This document shows positions 21,257-28,578 of a stretch of DNA of 32,000 nucleotides, piece by piece. The DNA is taken from assembly GCF_021378375.1 (NCBI RefSeq), contig NZ_CP076228.1, positions 570,001 to 602,000 of the forward strand, given 5' to 3'. The DNA comes from Wolbachia endosymbiont of Drosophila innubila (lineage in GTDB: Bacteria; Pseudomonadota; Alphaproteobacteria; Rickettsiales; Anaplasmataceae). The position numbers and the translations under genes were made by a program. The stretch's first letter is position 1. Every line of letters starts with the position of its first letter. The notes under the pieces are model-generated. The model worked only from the letters and a program-made list of their open reading frames with translations. It did not search any database and was not told the origin of the DNA.

Positions 21257-21339
21257 TGGAGGAGGTAGGATTCGAACCTACGCACGCTCACGCGGACAGA
21301 TTTACAGTCTGTTACCTTTAACCACTCGGTCACTCCTCC
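21257..21339 (-). tRNA. tRNA-Tyr (anticodon GUA), long variable arm
   Basis: The minus strand reads GGAGGAGTGACCGAGTGGTTAAAGGTAACAGACTGTAAATCTGTCCGCGTGAGCGTGCGTAGGTTCGAATCCTACCTCCTCCA. Anticodon loop CTGTAAA and T arm GTAGG/CCTAC. It lies 4 nt upstream of tRNA-Gly. Confidence 0.9.
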
Positions 21340-21453
21340 GCAAAAATTTGTTAAGAGAATACTATTTTAGCATCTTAACTTAAGCTCTTATTGTATTTAA
21401 TACTAAACGCCTAAAATTAAAAAATCAAGCAATAAAACCTACCCTGATTAAAA

Positions 21454-22653
21454 TCATGCAGATTTCATTTTATATAACACAATATTGCCAATAAAACGCC
21501 TAAACAAATAATGCGAATCATGCGTACCTGGCGCTTCTTCTGGATGATATTGCACAGAAAAGACTAGGTAATCTTTCATCATTATTCCCTCTACACTATT
21601 ATCAAATAGAGAAATGTGAGTAATTTCAACATTACTTGGAAGAGAAGCTGAATCAACAACAAAACCATGATTTTGGCTAGTGATCTCAACTTTTCCACTA
21701 ATTACATCATAAACTGGATGGTTACTCCCTCGGTGACCTATATCCATCTTGATGGTCTTTGCCCCCAAAGTAATCGCAAGTAATTGATGGCCCATGCATA
21801 TGCCAAAAATTGGTATTTTAGATTTTATAATAATGTCTATTTCTGAAACTACACTTTCTCCTATTTCTTGCGGATCACCAGGACCATTTGAAAGCACTAT
21901 ACCATCTGGATTCATACTCAACACTTTTTGAGCAAAACCTGTGCTTGGTCTGATTAATTCAACTGTACAACCAAGTTCTATTAAGCGTGAAATTATACTG
22001 ATTTTTACGCCAAAATCAACGATTACAATCCTATATTTTGCATTAAGGTCAATAGCTCTATCTGATGTCATTCCAGTGCGTGACACTGGAATCCATATAT
22101 TTTTTGCTGGATCCGAGTAGTCAGCTACTTGGATGACAAAGTGCTCCGCTAGTCTATTATTTTCAAAACTGTTATTTAAACTAACCTTATTAGTTATTTC
22201 TATCCCATTTACAGGTTTGTATTCCTTCAATTTGTCTAATGCATGCGCCTTACTCGATGAGCATATCATTCCATTTTGAGATCCATGTTCTCTCAAATGT
22301 CTTGTTAAAGCTCTAGTATCAACTCCTGATATCCCAATCACGTTATTTTTCTCTAACCAATCATTTAAACTGATATATGAAGAAGGGTGGGACATAGAAG
22401 AAAGTTCACGCATAACCACACCACTTGCAAAAATTTTCTTTCCTTCATTATCTTTATGATTTATTCCAATGTTACCAATATGAGGAAAAGTGAACGTTAT
22501 AATTTGATCGGCAAAAGAAGGATCAGTTATAGTATGCTGATAACCGGTCATACCAGTGGTAAAACAAACCTCGCCTATGCACTTGCCTTTTTTACCTACT
22601 GATTTTCCCCAAAAGCACTTGCCATCTTGTAAAATTAAAACTGCGTCCTGCAC
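21454..22653 (-). CDS. carA: Carbamoyl-phosphate synthase small (glutamine amidotransferase) subunit, carrying an in-frame repeat insertion
   Basis: N-terminus AVLILQDGKCFWGKS, GATase motifs PIFGICMGHQLL and ...VQYHPEEAPG. GTG start. 399 aa versus 382 aa in E. coli. Confidence 0.9.
   Translation of the reverse strand: MQDAVLILQDGKCFWGKSVGKKGKCIGEVCFTTGMTGYQHTITDPSFADQIITFTFPHIGNIGINHKDNEGKKIFASGVVMRELSSMSHPSSYISLNDWLEKNNVIGISGVDTRALTRHLREHGSQNGMICSSSKAHALDKLKEYKPVNGIEITNKVSLNNSFENNRLAEHFVIQVADYSDPAKNIWIPVSRTGMTSDRAIDLNAKYRIVIVDFGVKISIISRLIELGCTVELIRPSTGFAQKVLSMNPDGIVLSNGPGDPQEIGESVVSEIDIIIKSKIPIFGICMGHQLLAITLGAKTIKMDIGHRGSNHPVYDVISGKVEITSQNHGFVVDSASLPSNVEITHISLFDNSVEGIMMKDYLVFSVQYHPEEAPGTHDSHYLFRRFIGNIVLYKMKSA
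22061..22137. repeat. Palindromic hairpin repeat element (WPE/RPE-like), copy inside carA
   Basis: TCTGATGTCATTCCAGTG-CGTGA-CACTGGAATCC...CTGGATCCGAGTAGTCAGCTACTTGGATGAC. The 8-bp stem is 22071-78/22084-91. The ends GTCATTCCA / TGGATGAC are inverted repeats. Blocks of 20 and 28 nt are identical to 31151-70 and 31182-209. Confidence 0.85.
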
Positions 22654-22858
22654 TTCATTATCTATTTAACTGATTCAAAACAGTATACAAGAATTTCAAA
22701 TAATACGTAACTCTTTCTAAAATTCCAAATTTAACCACGAAGCAGCAAAAAATAACATGAAAAACTTTTAATACAATCTTTCATATAAAATATATAGTTG
22801 ACTACCTTCATATTTCGTATTAGATATAGGTAAATCATAAGTAAAGTGGAGGGTAATA

Positions 22859-23353
22859 ATGAACACTGGTACAAATCAATCAAAAAAAATAAATGAGAAG
22901 TGGTTAGCTGGAGGAATTGGCGCGCTATTATTTGTAATGATGCTACCGTCGATTCTTCTTTTAGCAAAAATAGCTATAGGGCTAATTATGGTTTCAGTTG
23001 CAGCAATAGCGATAAAAGTTGCCTTAAAAACAATATCTAATGCTTTAGAGGATAAACAGGCAGATCAAAGCCAAGCGACGCAACAAACAACACAAAGTAA
23101 AATTATAAACCTGGCTATTGGATTAACATCTATATTCGTAGGAGGATTATCACTATTCATTATAGCACAAACTGGCTTAATTGCAGCATGTGCAGCTATA
23201 ACTGCTTTAGCTCTACACGAATATGTTAAAAATCAAGAAATAGGAAAAGAGATAAATGATAAATTCGATAAGGTAGCTGACGATACAATCAATTTTATTG
23301 TTAGCAGTGTTGAAAAACTTATTCCAACAAAGCCGCCAGGCATAACAGCCTAA
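22859..23353 (+). CDS. Hypothetical membrane protein with two hydrophobic hairpins (4 predicted TM segments)
   Basis: 164 aa; ATG is preceded by GGAGGG. Two pairs of long hydrophobic stretches are separated by a Q/T-rich linker (DKQADQSQATQQTTQSK). I recognise no family. Confidence 0.6.
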   Translation: MNTGTNQSKKINEKWLAGGIGALLFVMMLPSILLLAKIAIGLIMVSVAAIAIKVALKTISNALEDKQADQSQATQQTTQSKIINLAIGLTSIFVGGLSLFIIAQTGLIAACAAITALALHEYVKNQEIGKEINDKFDKVADDTINFIVSSVEKLIPTKPPGITA

Positions 23354-23518
23354 ACTGTCTCCGTTCAGGGCATAAGTGTTACAAGTAGCATTATATAAAG
23401 CGATTAATGGCATCCTCCTGATAATAGAATAATTGTATCTGTTCAGGGGCATCGCAAATATTGAAGCAAAAGTGGTCAGTACTTACTATACGAATATTGT
23501 GATTTGAATCCACTAGGG

Positions 23519-23676
23519 AGGATGTCATCCCAGTGCCCAGACACTGGGATCCAGGAATTTTGATTAGAGATTAAATTGGTGAGTATAAAAGTAGCTAATC
23601 CTACGTTAAAATACAACGTTTTTAATGGGACTGCGTAAAAGGGCTGGATTCCAGTGTCAAGCACTGGAATGACACC
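23519..23676. repeat. Composite palindromic element: two inverted hairpin arms flanking ~85 bp
   Basis: The left arm AGGATGTCATCCCAGTGCCCAGACACTGGGATCCAG (23519-23554) is identical over 36 nt to 28533-28568. The right arm CTGGATTCCAGTGTCAAGCACTGGAATGACACC (23644-23676) is the same motif inverted. Confidence 0.8.
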
Positions 23677-23773
23677 TTTGTGTTTGAGGCAAAACCTGCT
23701 ATAACATTTCTTCGCAAACAAACGTTCGTACAGTTATGTATCAGCTACTTTCATGGCACCATTTGTTGTAAAC

Positions 23774-24120
23774 TCACATTTCTCTATGATTATCTTTATT
23801 TGCCGCTTTCCCGAACGGATGCTCTACAGTTATTTCCTCATTAATAGAGCGAGGTGCACCGGAACCAGGTACAACGATATTCTCGTGCGATTGCATATCC
23901 TTCTTTTCCTCACATGGTGTTTGCTTAATGAAATGTGCTGCTAAAACTTCATGTAAAGCTTTACCTTTTATAAGCACAGCCTCGTTTTGCTTAGCTAACT
24001 CTAAAATTTTCTTTGGTTCAACATCTTTACCGTCAATAGTTGATTTTTTAATACTAACTTGACCTAAATTTATATTTAGAACAACAGTACAGTTAAGGTC
24101 TTTTCCAGATTCATCTTTTG
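23774..24120 (-). pseudogene. 5'-truncated orphan ORF directly downstream of the group II intron 3' end
   Basis: About 115 codons are open on the minus strand (..KDESGKDLNCTVVLNINLGQVSIKKSTIDGKDVEPKKILELAKQNEAVLIKGKALHEVL...NHREM*). There is no ATG in the first ~88 codons; only an internal GTG at 23977. The frame opens right at the intron boundary. Confidence 0.4.
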
Positions 24121-24160
24121 GTTAGGTAAGGAAGTAGTATGCTACTACTCCCTCCCTTAG

Positions 24161-24194
24161 AAACGCAGCATGCAGGTTTCTCCACACTACGCTT
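24161..24194 (-). ncRNA. Group II intron domain V
   Basis: The minus strand reads AAGCGTAGTGTGGAGAAACCTGCATGCTGCGTTT. It has a 9-bp lower helix with the AGC triad (A-U, G.U, C-G), a 2-nt bulge on the 3' strand, a 5-position upper helix (one A.C mismatch) and a GAAA tetraloop. Total length is 34 nt. Confidence 0.75.
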
Positions 24195-24238
24195 GAGCCC
24201 CTTATCTAAGTCCTTCTTTTCTCGAACCGGCTTGTCCT

Positions 24239-25227
24239 TCATGATTCCTCAGAAAACATCATTCTTAATGGTGACACCAACAGCAGAGAACCTTCTCTTG
24301 AGAAAGAGCTTGCTAACATTTTTGTTTGTTTCACTCTTTCATCAAAATACTTTTTCCATTTTAAGTCAAGTGGATTTGCATCCGCCCTGATTTTAACATG
24401 TCGTCTGATAGGTATATCAATCAACCTAAGCAGTCTTAAATACCTTATCTCTTTCGGTTTGTTCTTGCATATGGGTGCAGCAAAGACCCATTGGCGTTGT
24501 TTCATTACCTTGAAGTAACGATTCTTTATCCAACGTAATCCTTTACGAGGATGTCTTTTCTTTGCCCATTTCCATAGAGCACACATAATTTCATGGTCTA
24601 TTTTGTTAAAAGCTCTTTTCGCACACACATGGCTGTAGTAATTTTCCCATCCCCTTAATAGGGAATTGAGCAACTTGATTAGTACGGCCTGAGTGTTCGC
24701 TATGTTTGCCTTTTTATCAATGTACGTGCTTTATTAAGAAGTTTCTTAATACTTTCTTTTGAAGGTTTTATAATTAACTTCTTATTATACCTGCGTACAT
24801 TACAACCAAAAAGTCAAACCCTGTTGTAATAGATGTAATTTTGTTTTCTCTTCGGAAAGGATAAGACCTCTCTCCTGAAGAAAGGACGATACTAGAGGTT
24901 TTACTTCATTTTCCAGTACTTCACGTGTGATTCCTGAAATGATAAAGTCATCTGCGTACCTGATTACATTTACTCCACTTCTGATTTTGCTTCTTCTTTT
25001 ACTGCCAAGTTTACCAAATTGACTTTCCAATGATTTTTCAAGTCCATTTAGGGCTAGATTTGCTAGTATTGGAGAGATGATACTACCTTGTGGGGTACCT
25101 GCAGTTGTGGAATACAGAGTTTTTGATTCTAGGAAGCCAGCTTTTAACCAGCTATGAAGAATTTTCTTCTCCATAGGAATATGCTTCATGAGCCATTCAT
25201 GGTTAATGTTATCAAAACACCCTTTAA
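24239..25227 (-). pseudogene. Group II intron reverse transcriptase/maturase, N-terminally truncated with at least 3 frameshifts
   Basis: KGCFDNINHEWL..TPQGSIISPILANLALNGLE..IRYADDFII (YADD) then LNSLLRGWENYYSH (maturase X). GFDFLGCNVRRY..KPSKESIKKLLNKARTLI can only be read by switching frames between 24674 and 24830. Confidence 0.85.
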
Positions 25228-26139
25228 GAGGTTGTCCGGAAACTAGTAAATTCAAGCATATTCCCTCTTTAACATAACCCTACTCATAGCTAGGTATATG
25301 AAATTCTCAGTGGATGTTGTGAGTAAATCATACTCCTTCGATAGCCTTCTATTCCTATTAACCCAAGCAAAAGTCCTTTCTACAACCCATCTTCTTGGCT
25401 GTACTTTAAACCCTTGTTCTCTTGTTGGTAGTAGCTCAGGTGGCGTATCTTTGTGCACCCAAAATCTACATGGAGGCCTTTTAACAATTTCAATATCTAT
25501 GTCATATTCTTCCTTTATGTGATTCTTTAAATTTCTTCCTTGGTATCCCATGTCAGCCCACATTTTTTAACTTTAGTATATTTTGTTCTCATATTGTTTA
25601 ATGCTATTTTAATACCATCTCTATCATTTTCGTTAGCAGCGCCTACGTAACAACCTAGTATAAAACCCTGAGTGTCTGTAATTATATGCCTTTTTCTACC
25701 CTTTACTTTTTACTTCCATCATAGCTTTGATCCCCCTTTTCTGTAGTCTTTACAGATTGACTATCTACTATACAGGCACTCGGCTGCTCATTCTTTCCTA
25801 TTTTTCTTCTACTATATTTTGTAATTTCATAATTCATTTTCTCAAAAATTCCCTGCTTCTTCCATTGCCTGAACTGCTCATACACAGTCTTCCATAGCGG
25901 AAAATCATTTGGTAAATACCGCCATTGACACCCTGTACGCAATACATAGAAAATTGCTTCTAATATTTCTTTTTTGCTATACTTTGGCAGCCTTCCTCCT
26001 TTCTTGTATGATACTCTGAAGTGTTTTTCTATTCTTGCCCATTCCCTTTCGCTTAGATCTGTTGGATACTTTTTTCTCATCTTTACCCCGTACTAAAATT
26101 TCAGATATTATAGCCTTTTACTTGTTTCCGGACAACCTC
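25228..26139 (-). mobile_element. IS5-family insertion sequence, ISWpi1-like, copy 2 (912 bp), inverted relative to copy 1
   Basis: Same termini as copy 1. By eye it differs only by run lengths T5 at 25707-11 (A6 in copy 1), T6 at 25563-68 (A5 in copy 1), C4 at 26086-89 (G3 in copy 1), and one substitution in the right IR (25244 vs 1778). Confidence 0.9.
25252..26080 (-). pseudogene. IS5-family transposase, broken into at least three frame segments
   Basis: The ORF 25703-26080 stops after ...YDGSKK because of the shortened homopolymer. The C-terminal 103-aa ORF (25252-25563) is identical to copy 1. Confidence 0.8.
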
Positions 26140-26248
26140 TTAATAGATTTACAATACTAGAAAACATTTCACACCTCTATTGTTATAAGTAAACTTGATT
26201 ATATCTTAATGCTAAATGTTGTAAAGCTAAAATTAGAAACTAAAAAAG

Positions 26249-27184
26249 CTAACATAAGTTCTGCATTGTTTGCAGCTTTATCAGCTTATTAGGTAGAATT
26301 ATTAAAGAACTAGTTGAACATATGTTATCAACTCCATCCACAAGTTCTCCGCTTGTTACTCCAGTTGCAATAAACACTGATTCACCTCTTGCCATATCTT
26401 TTACGGTGTAGATTTTTTCTGGGTCATGGATATTTAAATTTTTTGCTCTTTCTTTTAATTGATCCGTGTCAAATATTAATCTTCCCTCCATCTGCCCACC
26501 GATTGAACTCAGCGCTGCAGCCGCAAGCACCCCTTCTGGTGCCCCTCCTATTCCGATATACATATCATGATTGCCATTTACTAGTGAAACTACGGCTGCA
26601 ACATCGCCATCATCTATTAGTTTAATTTTTGCTCCTAATTTCCTGATTTTCTCTATTAATTCATTGTGCCTTTCACGTTTAAGTACAGTTACCACGAGAT
26701 CATTCACTTTGCATTTTTTTGCCTTGGCTAAATTGTCTAGATTCTTTTCAATGCTATTTTTTAGTGAGACTACACCCTCTGGAAGATTTTTTCCTACTGC
26801 TATCTTTTCCATATAAACATCAGGTGCATGTAAAAAATTACCTTTTTTCGTTGCAGCAAGAACGGACATTGCCCCTGATTTGTAATGAGCACAAATCGTA
26901 GTGCCTTCAAGTGGGTCAACGGCAATGTCGATTTCAGGACCATTTCCAGTGCCAACCTTCTCGCCAATATATAGCATCGGCGCTTCATCTCTCTCACCTT
27001 CACCAATTACGATAGTACCATTTATTTCCATTGAATTTAATACTGTACGCATTGCATCAACTGCAACCTGATCAGCCTTTTTTTCATCGCCGAAGCCTGC
27101 TAGTTTATATGCAGCAAGTGCTGCAGCTTCGGTCACTTTAACTAATTTACAAGCTAAATCTTCCATCATTTGCTCGAGAATCAT
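26249..27184 (-). CDS. glpX: Fructose-1,6-bisphosphatase class II (GlpX)
   Basis: ...VTEAAALAAYKLAGFGDEKKADQVAVDAMR...VIGEGERDEAPMLYIGEKVGTG...DIAVDPLEGTT aligns along E. coli GlpX. The start is ambiguous: ATG at 27184, 27169 or 27166, or TTG at 27199. Confidence 0.9.
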   Translation of the reverse strand: MILEQMMEDLACKLVKVTEAAALAAYKLAGFGDEKKADQVAVDAMRTVLNSMEINGTIVIGEGERDEAPMLYIGEKVGTGNGPEIDIAVDPLEGTTICAHYKSGAMSVLAATKKGNFLHAPDVYMEKIAVGKNLPEGVVSLKNSIEKNLDNLAKAKKCKVNDLVVTVLKRERHNELIEKIRKLGAKIKLIDDGDVAAVVSLVNGNHDMYIGIGGAPEGVLAAAALSSIGGQMEGRLIFDTDQLKERAKNLNIHDPEKIYTVKDMARGESVFIATGVTSGELVDGVDNICSTSSLIILPNKLIKLQTMQNLC

Positions 27185-27232
27185 AAATAAAGAATCCAAT
27201 ATATATCATGCAACTTTAGACTGCAATATGTC

Positions 27233-27261
27233 TTGACTGGTTGTGGGAAAGTTGCTGTAAT
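27233..27261 (+). promoter_or_regulatory. Candidate sigma70-type promoter for the ankyrin gene
   Basis: TTGACT (27233-38), a 17-nt spacer, then TGTAAT (27256-61), 29 nt upstream of the ATG. This is a hexamer match only, in an AT-rich spacer. Confidence 0.3.
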
Positions 27262-27289
27262 AAACTAACATATAGTAGTAGGTTTAGTT

Positions 27290-28578
27290 ATGGTATATAG
27301 TAATGATGATATTAGAGAGTTGTATCGAAAGATAGCTACAATTGTAAAATATGATGATAAGGGAATTGCTAGTCTTAAAGATTTGCAAAAGGAACCAAAG
27401 TGGAAAGAAGTTAATTTCCAAGATAAATGTGAAGGAGACAATTCATTAGAAGACTTACTTCTAAAACATGCAACCAAAAATAACAACACACGCGTTAAGG
27501 ATTTTCTCCTCCAAAATGGGTGTAAACCCCTTCAACAAGAGCAAATAACCGCAGCGATAAACAAGGAAGAAGAGGCACCTAATGTGGAAGAGAATAGAGC
27601 AGACAGTAATGAAGTAGATTCTAGTAACTCCATAAACCCTGGTATGACTGCTGAAGTACTTTACGGGCAACTAATACAAGGAAAAAAACAAATTCGGCAA
27701 TTTTTGACTCGTTTGCAAATGCTGTAAGAGAGTCCAATATTACCGGCGATCGTAGCGTATTTCTAGATGTTGTAAAATTGTTTACAGATTTAGATGCTGT
27801 AATCCATCTTACAGATACTGCTTCCAGGACTATATTGGATATAGCTGCAATAACAAAACAAGCTGACGTTGTTAAGGTACTTTTGGATAGTGGCAAATTT
27901 AATGAAGAAGAAAAATTGCATGCCTTGAATTCTGCTATTGTTCAAGGTAATGTCCAAGAAGTTGAGCTAATTTTAGGTTACGTGAGTCCTGCAAACAGGA
28001 AAGAGGCTTTAGAAGTGGCCATACAGGTAGGTAAAACTGAAATTGTTAATGCGTTCTTGAATAGTGGTAAGCTTAATGAAGAAAACAGAGCAAAACCTTG
28101 CAGCAGTAATGGGAACATTGGTAGTAGACCTATAGCAACAGTTCCTCTAACCAGTACCAATGGTGATAATCATAATAACAAAAACAAAACGCCTGTAATA
28201 CCAGAGGAAACAAATACTAAGCAAACTGCCACACCAAATAATGATAATAAAGCTAACGGCTTCGTAGATGCTCAATTTTCTATGCCAAATGAACAAGAAA
28301 CTAAATATAAAGAGAGCAAAAAGGATTTTTACACCTCATTGACAAAAGATGTTGTTGGAGTTGTTATTACAGGATTATTCATTACTGCTGCTGTAATGGT
28401 TCCATTTGTAGCTGGTGCAGTAGTTTGCAGTGTCATAGCTGCTTTGGTTGCAATATACACCGGGTTGCATGTAAAAAATTCTACATTATCAAGTTATAGG
28501 GAGATGAGAGAGAATGAAGTTGAACGTGTAACAGGATGTCATCCCAGTGCCCAGACACTGGGATCCAGAAAGCCATAA
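27290..28578 (+). pseudogene. Ankyrin-repeat protein with C-terminal bilobed hydrophobic domain, frameshifted at an A7 run
   Basis: ORFs 27290-27727 and 27655/27778-28578 overlap in different frames. ANK-like units include RTILDIAAITKQADVVKVLLDSG, LHALNSAIVQGNVQEVELILG and EALEVAIQVGKTEIVNAFLNSG. One extra A at 27682-88 gives a 429-aa ORF. Confidence 0.7.

Larger units (their letters stand above)
24121..25227 (-). mobile_element. Group II intron remnant (3' ~1.1 kb: partial RT/maturase ORF, domains V and VI); 5' part removed at the IS junction
   Basis: RT and maturase motifs, a canonical 34-nt domain V, and a downstream hairpin with a bulged A 7 nt before ...CTAAC. The 3' boundary is uncertain by ~6 nt. 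Confidence 0.8.

Noticed and set aside
22731-22967. Minus-strand ORFs in AT-rich divergent spacers (22731-22967, 31531-31797, 27265-27489).
   Set aside because: They overlap the 5' ends and promoter regions of better-supported plus-strand genes, and are Leu/Ile/Phe/Tyr-rich as expected from AT-rich noncoding DNA.
23476-23721. 81-aa minus-strand ORF (..NQNSWIPVSGHWDDILPSG..) in the intergenic region.
   Set aside because: It is read straight through both arms of the composite palindromic element and its AT-rich core. It has no start context and no family resemblance, and most likely exists only because the repeat arms are open in several frames.
884-26139. Reading the two IS copies plus the intervening 23 kb as a composite transposon, or concluding that an inversion has definitely occurred.
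   Set aside because: The cargo is the essential, universally syntenic ribosomal cluster, so mobilisation is implausible. The best in-window test also argues against an inversion. The M48 gene continues for 32 codons across the present junction, versus 16 codons with the alternative partner flank, so copy 1 most likely still has its original flanks. The question is kept open as something to check, not as a claim.
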